A stretch of 64,000 nucleotides of DNA from Candidatus Marinacidobacterales bacterium (GTDB lineage: Bacteria; Acidobacteriota; Vicinamibacteria; Marinacidobacterales; DATDRI01). Under the pieces are notes generated by a model. That model had not been told where the DNA came from, did no database searches, and worked only from the letters and a program-made list of their open reading frames with translations. The position numbers and the translations under genes were made by a program. Location: positions 1 through 64,000 of the forward strand of contig OZ245365.1 in the NCBI GenBank assembly GCA_965226495.1, given 5' to 3'. Of the stretch, positions 1 to 9,136 are shown one piece after another (positions within the stretch are counted from its first letter, which is position 1; each line of letters opens with the position of its first letter).

Positions 1-428
1 AATCGCGGGCTCTTTTGCTCGTCAGCTCGCCGGCGACGACTTCGCCACTCTGCTCGTCGACACACAGATGGAGCTTGCGATAGTCCCTGCTATTTGGTGC
101 TCTGCGCAGCTGGCTGGCGTGGACAGCGAGACCGCTGCTGTCGATCAAGATGTGCAACGGCGTCTTCTGCTTGTCTTGGTAGAAGGGGACCTTACCCAGC
201 TTCGCCTTGCGCCTCGAGATCGTGGTGTGATCGGGCACATCATTGTCTAGCTTCATCAGAGCGAACAACGACCGCAGCAATCCCTCGTTCTGCCTAGATG
301 ACAGATGAAACACCATGCCCAGGGTGACAGCCGTCTCGATGGCGTGGTTCGAGTACTTGCGTTGTCGGCCCGGTTTCCTCCTCCTTGGCCGGGGCGCGTC
401 CCAGTTCACAAGCTTGCCGGCGGTGAGC
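1..428 (-). pseudogene. IS5-family (IS903 group) transposase fragment, frameshifted
   Basis: Minus strand reads ...YSNHAIET...EGLLRSLF..VPDHTTISRR / LHILIDSSGL..YRKLHLCVDEQSGEVVAGELT, matching the motifs of the intact transposase at 13160-14122; cut by a MITE at 429. Confidence 0.75.
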
Positions 429-542
429 TGCCTTGGTGCATAAATACAGGTAAGTCATTGATTCCATTGACCCTGCTGTTTTTGGCCCAAAAACGTAACC
501 TGCTGATTCCTTTAGAGTTGTCCAGAGTTATGCACCAAGGCA
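429..542. mobile_element. 114-bp MITE (family C), TIR TGCCTTGGTGCATAA
   Basis: Perfect 15-bp terminal inverted repeats; near-identical copies at 14959-15072 and 23904-24017. Confidence 0.85.
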
Positions 543-644
543 GCCCTGCGGCGCGAAATACCCTGGATTCTGCGCGGATTCCAAGGGCGTCTAAGCTGCT
601 GATTTGTGGTCTTTTTCAAAAGGGCCGCGTTTTGGCACAGGACG
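543..644 (-). repeat. Partial MITE A / TIR-B transposon end
   Basis: Reverse complement of about 2862-2963. Confidence 0.85.
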
Positions 645-969
645 AGGTCGTCCTGACCAGGGCAAGCCTGCGGGAGATCATTGAGAATCCGCCCGCAGCA
701 CATTGGCGAGGCTGAATTGTTCCTACCGGGATGTATGAAGCTCGCGCGACAGCCAGTCGCACGCCCTGCTCCGCCGATCGTGGGGTGCCTGTGGCCGAAT
801 CACGACGGGGGGGACAACGAAGGAGCCTGGCCAGAAGCCTGCTGCGCCGGACAGTTCCCCCGCTGATGCCCAGGGTGCCGACTATAATAATGATGAAGGA
901 CACGCAGCACTGCACTGGTTCCTTGGCGGAGGCTGCAAGTGAGGCGCTCACGAAAATCCAGCAAGGCGA

Positions 970-1638
970 TTGAGTGCCATATGCCCAGTAGTCGTCCCCC
1001 GTCGATTCAAGACGACGAAGCCGGATTCGAGCGGCGCTCGCCCGATGGACCTCGTGGAGCGCGACTTCAACGCCACACGCCCGAACGAGCTCTGGGTTTC
1101 GGACCTGACCTACATCGCCACGTGGCGCGGCTTCGTGTATGTCGCCTTCGTCATCGACGTCTTCGCTCGACTCATCGTCGGTTGGCGAGCGACGACATCG
1201 TTGACTGCCGGCATCGCTCTCGATGCGTTGGAGCAGGCGCTGCACGAGCGCCGACTAAACCCAGAAGATCCATTGGTGCATCACAGCGATCGCGGCGTGC
1301 AGTACGTCTCGATCCGTTACACCGAGCGGCTCGCCGAGGCGGGCATTGAGCCGTCCGTCGGCAGCCGAGGCGACTCTTACGATAACGCTTTAGCTGAATC
1401 CATCATCGGCCTCTACAAGACCGAGGTGATCCGTCGACGTGGGCCCTGGCGTGGTCTCGAAGACGTTGAGTTCGCCACCCTCGAGTGGGTCCATTGGTAC
1501 AACACGCAACGACTCTTGGAGCCGATCGGAAATGTCTCCCCCGTCGAGTACGAGATCAACTACTATCGGTCGCAGGAAGGCTCGCTAGAGATGGCGAGAC
1601 TCAACTAAAATAGTCTCCGGAAAACCCGGGGCGGTTCA
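970..1638 (+). mobile_element. IS3-family element, 3' part (OrfB integrase core plus right end)
   Basis: WVSDLTY, HHSDRGVQY, DNALAES DDE motifs; ends CCCGGGGCGGTTCA. Confidence 0.9.
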
Positions 1639-1639
1639 A

Positions 1640-1757
1640 ACGTCCCGGCGCGCAAGTCTTGAGTTCGTTTGTGTTTTTGGACAGGACGCCTCTTAGGACC
1701 GGAGGGAACGGCCCGGCCCGCGGGTCTTGAGTTCGTTTGTATTTTTTGGACACGACG
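1640..1757 (-). repeat. Two tandem copies of a CGTCNTGTCC-type transposon end
   Basis: TCTTGAGTTCGTTTGT..TTTTGGACA(G/C)GACG twice; a third similar copy at about 7270-7318. Confidence 0.65.
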
Positions 1758-1839
1758 CGATGCTCGTTTGTCGGGCCCGTTTCGAACGGAATATTCCGGA
1801 CTCGCGACGATCTCGGAGCGGCCGTACTATAAAGGCAGG

Positions 1840-2505
1840 ATGACCGAGGATCCGATGGAACGCGTCGCCCGGTTCTTGGACCGGGGACAATTTAGTGACG
1901 CGCTGCAGTCCGCGAAAGAAGCGGTCGGTAGGGTGCCGGAAAGCGCGCGGTCTCACTACGCGCTCGGCCTCGTCCTCACTCAGTTAGACCGTATTCCCGA
2001 AAGCGCGCGGTCTCACTACGCGCTCGGCCTCGTCCTCACTCAGTTAGACCGTATTCCCGAAGCCGATCGCTCTTTTGCTCGCGCCGCTGAGCTCGACCCG
2101 GAGTACGTCCTCCCTTGTCGCCTGGAGCGTTCAGAGTTCGAGAGTGTGGTGGAAGGGGTCTTGGCGTCGTTGCCGACCGAGTTCGCAAGCTATCTGCAGA
2201 ACGTGGAGGTCGCGGTGGAGGCGGCGCCGTGTCGAGACCTTCTTCAAGAGGCAGACATCGAGCACGACCTCCTCGGCTTCTATCAAGGCGATACGATTCA
2301 GAATAGTGAGTGGGGTCTTCCCGACCGGATTGTCCTTTATCAGAGAAATTTGGAGAATATCTCGTCCGATCGCGCGAGCCTGATCAGAGAAGTTCGGGAC
2401 ACCGTCTTGCACGAGGTGGGCCACCACCTCGGGATGGAGGAGGATCAGCTCGAGGAAATCGAAAAGGAGTTCGATGATCTGGATGATAAGGGATCGAGCT
2501 CTTAA
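1840..2505 (+). CDS. TPR + zincin-like metallopeptidase (DUF1025-like)
   Basis: HEVGHHLG motif and LLGFYQG..PDRIVLYQRN; N-terminal TPR with an exact 60-bp tandem duplication; ATG at 1840 chosen as the likely start. Confidence 0.8.
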   Translation: MTEDPMERVARFLDRGQFSDALQSAKEAVGRVPESARSHYALGLVLTQLDRIPESARSHYALGLVLTQLDRIPEADRSFARAAELDPEYVLPCRLERSEFESVVEGVLASLPTEFASYLQNVEVAVEAAPCRDLLQEADIEHDLLGFYQGDTIQNSEWGLPDRIVLYQRNLENISSDRASLIREVRDTVLHEVGHHLGMEEDQLEEIEKEFDDLDDKGSSS

Positions 2506-2558
2506 TCACTATTGACCTCCCCATCGCTTCCAAGCGAGCGCACCAAACATGAAGACCC

Positions 2559-2861
2559 CGTCCTGTGCCAAAACTCGGCCCTTTTGAAATAGGCCATAAA
2601 TCAGCAGCTTAGTGTCTGTGTTTGCGCCGGGGCCAAGGGCCGTGCGCTTTACAATCGTCTAGCCCGAGGGTGTTATCTTCAGATCCATGATGACGTACCA
2701 CGCGCAATTCCTACTGCTCGTTGTGGCTGGCTGGGTCAATCGCCAGCAGCAGGATGTGATCGACTACCAGCAAGAGGAGAACCGTGTGCTCCGAGCCGGG
2801 CTTCGGGGCAAGCGTCTCAGGCTCTCTGACGACGACCGGCGTAGGCTCGCCGTCAAGGCCC
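2559..2861 (+). mobile_element. TIR-B end plus N-terminal fragment of its transposase
   Basis: Near-identical to 20605-20908; truncated by MITE A at 2862. Confidence 0.85.
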
Positions 2862-3009
2862 CGTCCTGTGCCAAAACTCGGCCCTTTTGAAATAGACCAC
2901 AAATCAGCAGCTTAGACGCCCTTGGAATCCGCGCAGAATCCAGGGTATTTCGCGCCGCAGGGCTGACTTCCGACCCATGGGGCTGGCGGATGAATAAATA
3001 GAAGGCACA
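2862..3009. mobile_element. 148-bp MITE A (TIR-B end joined to end D)
   Basis: Starts CGTCCTGTGCCAAAACTCGG and ends GGATGAATAAATAGAAGGCACA; partial copies at 543-644, 8301-8418, 14905-14958, 19641-19765, 23528-23575. Confidence 0.8.
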
Positions 3010-3024
3010 GGAGCTCTGAGGCTT

Positions 3025-3108
3025 ATCGCACGCAGCGTGCAGCTTTCCCGCACTACGCGCTCCTGCACACTTCCCGCGAAGGGTTATGTGACCTATCGAG
3101 CCGGGGCG
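3025..3108 (-). ncRNA. Group II intron fragment (domain V region)
   Basis: Near-identical reverse complement of about 10464-10547. Confidence 0.7.
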
Positions 3109-3145
3109 ACCTTGGGTGCCCGCCTACGGTCTCGAGAAAACGAGT

Positions 3146-3391
3146 TTACGAATCCTTGGTCTTGAGCTGGGCTTTGTTTTCTTGAATGAAGGCGCGGATG
3201 TCATCTGTCATCTTGAGCAGTTTCTCCCACTGCTCCTTGTATAAGGTCACCGGGAAACGGCCCAGTCCGTAAACGGAGACGCCGCCCTTCTGGCTGACTT
3301 TGAGGGAGAGCTCTTTCTCACTGCGCTTCTTGAGCGTTTCATTCTCAGCTTGCAAGCGCTCCAGTTCTTTCTTCATTTCTTCCGGTGTCAT
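3146..3391 (-). CDS. Small hypothetical protein (about 81 aa)
   Basis: Coiled coil followed by LKVSQKGGVSVYGLGRFPVTLYKEQW; start placed at ATG 3391. Confidence 0.7.
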   Translation of the reverse strand: MTPEEMKKELERLQAENETLKKRSEKELSLKVSQKGGVSVYGLGRFPVTLYKEQWEKLLKMTDDIRAFIQENKAQLKTKDS

Positions 3392-3615
3392 GTCGCTCAC
3401 GATTTGCCTCCGTGCTTTCGACTGTGTCGCCTCTATCCGATGAAACAGATGAGTCCCCGAGTGAGACACTAAAGCGTAGCCCTGCCCCATCCCCGTCCGC
3501 GTACGATGCGGCCGGGCTCCGCTGGATAATAGCAGGTACGAGATTCGCTCAAGACCGTACGAGATGGCCCGTACGTCGTACTGCTCGGAGCGGGAGCCAA
3601 GCCGAGCCGCGTTCC

Positions 3616-3695
3616 CGTCCTGTGCTAAAACTCGGCCCTTTTGAAATAGAGCATAAATCAGCAGCTTAGTGTCTGTGTTCGCGACTGGGCCAAGC
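3616..3695 (+). repeat. Solo TIR-B transposon end
   Basis: CGTCCTGTGCTAAAACTCGGCCCTTTTGAAATAGAGCATAAATCAGCAGCTTAGTGTC. Confidence 0.85.
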
Positions 3696-4024
3696 CCGAA
3701 ATCTGATCGTTCGTGCATAGCATTTGTCGAAGGTCCTCACCCATTTTCTGGTGCGCTCAGCCTAGAGATAGGTCGCGTCGGTAGGACAGGGCCAGGACGC
3801 GCAGGCGGCCCCGTACTGTGATGCTGAACTGCGCCGAGTATCCCGGAGCGAGTTTTAGTTGAGTCTTGCCATCTCGAGCACGTTATTGCGTCGGTGGTCT
3901 GGCGGCGACAGCGTGCAGTATTTCCAACGCGTCGAAGAAGAGTTCGCAGGACGTCGCTCTCATGGCTGTCTGTCCATCGATACGGGATCTTCTTTTTTGC
4001 GGATCACAGGCACACCAAATCCTC

Positions 4025-4474
4025 TTAGCGCGGCTTGGTTACTTCGAGTCGGATGCCTGCGGCCCGGCACAGGAATTCCAACCTATCGGAGACTTGCTTC
4101 CAGCCGGTGTGCGTATCCACGTAATAGCCGCCGACGAGCTTGGCTGTCCCTTTGTTTACTTGATCGGGATTATTGATATACACAAGTTCTGGAGTTTCAG
4201 CGACATAACAACGTTGCTTGTTGCTGGCTTGAAAGTCATCGGCAGCCAGCTCCGCCGCCTTCGCAATCGACCCAGGAAGCGAAGCCTCAACCTCCTCGAA
4301 GGTTGTACATAGTGCCTCTGCCACGCTGCGCGGCTGAAATTTTGCGCTAATTCTCCAGCGCTGCGACTTGTAGCGGAACGAGATAGTCCTTTGCGTTGGG
4401 TTCCAGCGCAAGGCCACGAGATTTTTTGGATAAGTTTCCATCGGCAAGGCTATCACACAGCTGCCTTGGTACAC
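4025..4474 (-). CDS. Hypothetical protein
   Basis: 149-aa ORF with plausible composition; no family recognised. Confidence 0.4.
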   Translation of the reverse strand: MYQGSCVIALPMETYPKNLVALRWNPTQRTISFRYKSQRWRISAKFQPRSVAEALCTTFEEVEASLPGSIAKAAELAADDFQASNKQRCYVAETPELVYINNPDQVNKGTAKLVGGYYVDTHTGWKQVSDRLEFLCRAAGIRLEVTKPR

Positions 4475-4519
4475 AACGTTCCGAAGAGCCGGGTCGATCC
4501 CCGTCGACGGAGGGGACGT

Positions 4520-4802
4520 AGACGTTCCAAAGCCCCATCAGGGACTCGAATAGCTCATTGGCTGCGCCGACATTGTCGAACTCCGGCAGCTCACCTTCCC
4601 AACAGCTCTCTATAGCCCGGAGGGGCGATGCGTCGAGCTTGGGCGTCGCGATGTTGCCGAGGAGTCGTGTGCGGACGACATGGAATGACGTCGGACACGC
4701 ATAACGCTCCAATAGAGCGCGAACGGCCTTGTCGCCAGCGTATCGGAGGGAACGTTTCTTCATGCTCGGTCCAATATTCTCACGATTGACCTGCTTGACC
4801 AA
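4520..4802 (-). pseudogene. Truncated hypothetical protein
   Basis: Protein-like N-terminus (ALLERYACPTSFHVVRTRLLGNIATP...LMGLWN) that runs into unrelated sequence near 4520. Confidence 0.4.
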
Positions 4803-4935
4803 TCCGCTCCCTGGATGAAGTGATTGTCCATCAGTAAATTCCCGGAATCTTTGGATTGGCCGCGACTACGGTTTGCAGCGCCTCGACCACCGCCGCGTCC
4901 CGCGTGGTGGTGTCCACCGGCGGGGCATACGAGGG

Positions 4936-5325
4936 CGTCCTGTGCCAAAACTCGGCCCTTTTGAAATAAACCATAAATCAGCAGCTTGAACCGCGTCATG
5001 TCCGAAAATTCGAACTGAGCCGAAAGCTCGAATCCTGGAGGCGTTGTCGAAATTCGCGGAGACCCGCCGACGCGGCACGGGGAGTCGAGCGAAGACGTCG
5101 ATGACGAAGGCGACATACACGAAGCCGCGCCACGTGGCAACGTAGGTCAGGTCCGACCGCATAGGAGTTCGGGCGCGCCAGTTGGACGGAACGGATGGTC
5201 TGCAGGAGAGGTCTGCTCGGGGTCGCCTATCGCAGAGCCAGTACCGCGTCGGCTGGTCTCTGCAAGTTTTGAGAACGCCTCTAGGATTCGACCTTGCCGC
5301 TCCGTTCGCGTTTTCGGACAAGACG
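4936..5325. repeat. Cluster of transposon ends around a short IS3 fragment
   Basis: TIR-B at 4936; CGTCATGTCCGAAAA (4994) and the inverted CGTCTTGTCCGAAAA (ending about 5325); minus-strand SDLTYVATWRGFVYVAF at about 5085-5160. Confidence 0.7.
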
Positions 5326-5345
5326 GGTCTCTCGTGCTGGACGAC

Positions 5346-6461
5346 TCAGGGGGCGGCGGGTCCGAGTGTTTCCTCCAGAAAAGTCAGCGTCGCAGCGTTG
5401 CGGAGTCGACACACGACGTTCTGGTTCGCGAAAATCCCCGGCATCGTGTACGCATCGGATACGGAGACAGTCTGAATCCAGCGTACCGCTGCCAGCCACT
5501 CGCACTTCTTTGCATCGTCGGAGTTTTTCTTCAGGCCTGGCTGGTCGAGTTCTGCGTCGAGTATCGTACCGGTCTCCCCGATCTTAAAGTCCTTTACCGG
5601 CACAGCCTTGGCCACGACCTCACCCAGTCCAACGTATCCCGCGCCTTTCTGATACGCATAGATCTTGTCTCCAGGCTGCAGCTTTCGTAGTGAGCTGCTC
5701 CATTTATGCCCGCCTCCGGCCGACACGAAACCGTATCGGCGGAAATCCTCCCACCTTCGTGAGTTTCCTTCGGCGACGTTTACGTAGAAGTAACCGGTCC
5801 AGTCGCCCCGGATTCGATTACGCTGTGCAATGCTCTTCTCTCGGATCCGCACTTGGTAGTCGGCGGCTTCGGGCAAGGGGATTATCTGCTGCACATCAAG
5901 TAGTACACGAGCTCCAAGTCGGTAGGGCGAAATTCGGATGCAGCGGATATCAAGGTCGCGCCCGCTCAACCACATCACGGCGGTCGTGAGTTCTCGAGAG
6001 AAGTCCTGGGCGACGAGCAGGATTCGAACGTCTGAGGCGAAGCTCTCCTCGTCGACATCGTCCCATGCGAGAAAATCAAGAATCTCCTGCTCTGGGTCGG
6101 TGTCCTTGCCATCGAGCTTGAGGACTTCACGATAGGCTTCTACCGCTTGCGCGAAGGTCATCGTCGAGACCATTGCTGCGTAGCGGAGTGCCTGCAATTC
6201 CATGTGGCCACCATCTTCGGTTCTCTTCAACTCAATCACTACCAGATTGGCGTTCCGGTCAAGGGCGAGCAGATCGATGCGACGGCGACTCTCTTCCCAG
6301 TTCCCGTACTCTTCCGCGATCACGAGCAAATCTTTGTCCAGAATATCGATTCGCGACCTGAGAATTTTTTGTAGGTCTTTCCTCTCCTTTACTCCCTCGG
6401 CGATGAAGGAGGTCTTCGGCAGCTGGACGATTTGGTCTTTCTCAAGTTCGAAGATGCTCAC
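5346..6461 (-). CDS. PD-(D/E)xK nuclease (NucS/DUF91-like) with C-terminal EVE/PUA-like domain
   Basis: RIDLLALD..LVVIELKR...LQALRY nuclease motif; C-terminus RRWEDFRRYGFVSAG..LQPGDKIYAY..GYVGLGEV. Confidence 0.75.
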   Translation of the reverse strand: MSIFELEKDQIVQLPKTSFIAEGVKERKDLQKILRSRIDILDKDLLVIAEEYGNWEESRRRIDLLALDRNANLVVIELKRTEDGGHMELQALRYAAMVSTMTFAQAVEAYREVLKLDGKDTDPEQEILDFLAWDDVDEESFASDVRILLVAQDFSRELTTAVMWLSGRDLDIRCIRISPYRLGARVLLDVQQIIPLPEAADYQVRIREKSIAQRNRIRGDWTGYFYVNVAEGNSRRWEDFRRYGFVSAGGGHKWSSSLRKLQPGDKIYAYQKGAGYVGLGEVVAKAVPVKDFKIGETGTILDAELDQPGLKKNSDDAKKCEWLAAVRWIQTVSVSDAYTMPGIFANQNVVCRLRNAATLTFLEETLGPAAP

Positions 6462-6740
6462 GAATCACCTCTACAAAACGCGATAACGCTGCCAGATTTG
6501 TCGAGCCGCGCAGCCGGATGCAGGGCCGGAAGTGTGGGCCTGCGCGGTGAGCATGGGCCTCTGCCCCCCTTCGGGTGGCCTTTGCTGCTCGCACGGGGTC
6601 TGCTCCTTCAGCGAATCGACCAGGCCGGACGGGTCGAGATTACCATAAGACTCGTTGTATTCCTTGAGGGTGAGACGGCCCAGCGTCATGGCCGAGATTA
6701 GCGACCTTGTTGTGGGGCGGATGAATGAATAGAAGGCACA

Positions 6741-7150
6741 GCTGAAGAAGGGTCGGGAGGTGATCGCTCGGTACCGTCAACGATTCCCGAGCGCGATGAA
6801 GTGCATGGAAGAGACCCTCGAAGCGTGTCTTCAGGCGCTACGCCTTCCTGCGGCGCATCACAAAAGGCTTCGCACGTCGAATCTACTTGAGCGCACGTTC
6901 GGAGAGCACAAACGTCGCACAAAGGTCATTCCTCACTTCTTCACCGAGGAGGCCGCGATGAAACTCTCGTTCGCTGTGCTCTTGGCCGTCGCAAACAAAT
7001 GGCGCGGCGTGAGGATGGATGTCTTCGCCGCTAGGAAAGTCGAGGAGCTTCGCAACGAGCTTCTCCCGCAAGGCACGTCGGAGGAATCAGCAGCTTAAAC
7101 CGAGCGCGGGGAACCGTACGGAGATTTGACAGGAAAATTAAGACTTGACC
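6741..7150 (+). mobile_element. IS256-family 3' fragment, preceded by end D (6718-6740)
   Basis: RLRTSNLLERTFGEHKRRTKVIPHF motif. Confidence 0.8.
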
Positions 7151-7318
7151 GTTCTCGAAATTCGCAGAGACCAGCCGACGCCGCACTGGCTCTGTGATAG
7201 GCGCTCCCGAGCAGACCTCTCATTCTAGCTCCCATTGCCAACCAAACCTAGACACCTCATAATCCGAAACGTCCCGGCGCGCAGGCCTTGGGTTCGTTTG
7301 TATTTTTGGACACGACGG
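7150..7318. repeat. Probable MITE with CGT termini
   Basis: Left part matches the reverse complement of about 5207-5278; right part matches 1640-1689. Confidence 0.55.
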
Positions 7319-7426
7319 CTAGAGTGGCGGTTCAACAACAGGAAGAACGGCCATATCTTCCGCGATACGTTACGACGCATCATGGCTACCGAGACCCTTA
7401 CCTACAAGAAACTGACGGCAGCCTAG
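7319..7426 (+). pseudogene. IS1595-family transposase C-terminal fragment
   Basis: EWRFNNRKN..IFRDTL...LTYKKLT. Confidence 0.65.
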
Positions 7427-7448
7427 GAGACGTCGGAAAGTCCAGGCG

Positions 7449-8018
7449 TTAAAAGGGAACCTCAGGAAACTCAGCCGCAAATTCTCGAGCTTGTTCCACT
7501 CGACCCCTTGACGAGTAGTCGGTAACCTTCACAACAAAATCTAGCAAGTGCTTGAGGATTGCTCCATTGCGTAAATCTTCCACCTCATCGGGAAGGTATG
7601 GAAATTTGATGTTGAACTCATCTTTAAGTCGATTTCTATGTTTTTGTAGATCCACCCAAAGGTCTAAGCGTGGAGAGTGTGACTCTAGGAATTTAACACT
7701 GAACTTGAGCTCTTTTAAGATTTCCTCAAGCTGGCCGTGCATTTCCATGAAGGATTCTCGTGAGCCTAGTAACTGACTCTTTTGGCTCGCCAATCTCTTA
7801 TTTGGGACCAGCCTATACTTTTGAACAATCTCTCTACACCATGGATACGTAGTCTGGATAAGTAGAAGCGTTCCGCATCCAACTAGAAGAAAATTCCACC
7901 ACTGCCATTCGGTCATGGTAGGAAACCACCGCTGCCAGACCTCAACATCATCTAGCATGCCTGGAATTCCGACAACATGCATGAGCAAGGAGAACGCCAG
8001 TTTGAAAATGCGAAGCAT
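7449..8018 (-). CDS. Hypothetical membrane protein (AT-rich)
   Basis: 189-aa ORF with hydrophobic N-terminal segments. Confidence 0.55.
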   Translation of the reverse strand: MLRIFKLAFSLLMHVVGIPGMLDDVEVWQRWFPTMTEWQWWNFLLVGCGTLLLIQTTYPWCREIVQKYRLVPNKRLASQKSQLLGSRESFMEMHGQLEEILKELKFSVKFLESHSPRLDLWVDLQKHRNRLKDEFNIKFPYLPDEVEDLRNGAILKHLLDFVVKVTDYSSRGRVEQAREFAAEFPEVPF

Positions 8019-8056
8019 CCGAGCATGCTATCGGCTACCACTGCGTTAGTCCAGTG

Positions 8057-8300
8057 GGTGCTTCCGCCATCGAGTGTTGCTACGCCGCGTTTGAATGCTA
8101 GTGTCAGTTGGCCTGCCTGTGTCGGCGAACGCCATTAACAAGGATGTCGGCGCGCATACGAAGATGTCTCTGAACGTCAAGCACCGCGTGGTAAGCTCAG
8201 CCGGCATCGCCGAAAGAACTGCGTCTCTGGAAATCAGGCTCAAACTCTAGCGCGCGAGCGGGTTACGCGGCAGCCACCAACACTTGATTGCGGAAGCACC
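8057..8300. mobile_element. 244-bp MITE, TIR GGTGCTTCCGCMATCRAGTGT
   Basis: 21-bp imperfect inverted repeats; a left-end copy at 16891-16932. Confidence 0.75.
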
Positions 8301-8418
8301 AATAGACCACAAATCAGCAGCTTAGACGCCCTTGGAATCCGCGCAGAATCCAGGGTATTTCGCGCCGCAGGGCTGACTTCCGACCCATGGGCTGGCGGAT
8401 GCATAAATAGAAGGCACA
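8301..8418 (+). repeat. Truncated MITE A
   Basis: Matches about 2891-3009. Confidence 0.85.
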
Positions 8419-8469
8419 AGGAAACGCGCAATTAAAGAATGGGACGCATTACTTGAAGATGTAGAATGA

Positions 8470-8496
8470 AAACGCCCCGGATGGGCCGGGGCGTTT
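8470..8496. terminator. GC-rich hairpin, possible terminator
   Basis: AAACGCCCCGG-ATGGG-CCGGGGCGTTT. Confidence 0.45.
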
Positions 8497-8598
8497 AAGT
8501 TGACGCGATGGCGCCGCTCACTGCTAGGTGAAGCTCCAGTATCTCCCACCTAGCAGGTCGTGTCAACCTCTTCTAACTGAGCGGTAGAGGAATGAAAG

Positions 8599-8793
8599 AT
8601 GCAAGTTACTACCCGCAGAGTTCACTCTGATGGAATCTGTGAGTTTTGGTGTCCGCTATGCGACGCTCAGAAGTTAATTTCTTCCGCTAAGATAGGCACA
8701 TCACAATACGTCCAGGCAAAACACAAGGTTTACGAGCACATGAAAAGCTGTCACGGGCTAGAGGAATCAGAGGTGACCTGGTTGGCTGAATAA
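8599..8793 (+). CDS. Small putative zinc-finger protein
   Basis: CPLC...HMKSCH; purine-rich RBS-like sequence upstream. Confidence 0.5.
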   Translation: MQVTTRRVHSDGICEFWCPLCDAQKLISSAKIGTSQYVQAKHKVYEHMKSCHGLEESEVTWLAE

Positions 8794-8918
8794 TTCCTGG
8801 CCGTGTTGTTTATTTCGATGAACTTCTCAAATTCAGCCCTAAGCCATTCCTCAGTTGGCCATGCCCATCGCTCTGCTTCGGTCTCCGGTACATATTCAAC
8901 TTTGATTTTCAAGGAGCC

Positions 8919-9136
8919 TGAACCGCCCCGGGTTTTCCGGAGACTGTTTTAGTTGAGTCTCGCCATCTCCAGCGAGCCTTCCTGCGACCGATAGTAGTTC
9001 ATCTCGTACTCGACGGGGGAGACATTTCCGATCGGCTCCAAGAGTCGTTGCGTGTTGTACCAATGGACCCACTCGAGGGTGGCGAACTCAACGTCCTCAG
9101 GACCACGCCAGAGCCCACGTCGACGGATCACCTCGG
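8919..9136 (-). mobile_element. IS3-family right-end fragment
   Basis: Near-identical reverse complement of about 1421-1638. Confidence 0.9.

Noticed and set aside
305-715. Recurrent short ORFs containing PWCINTGKSLIP or FQKGRVLAQD
   Set aside because: They are translations of MITE/TIR sequence, not a protein family
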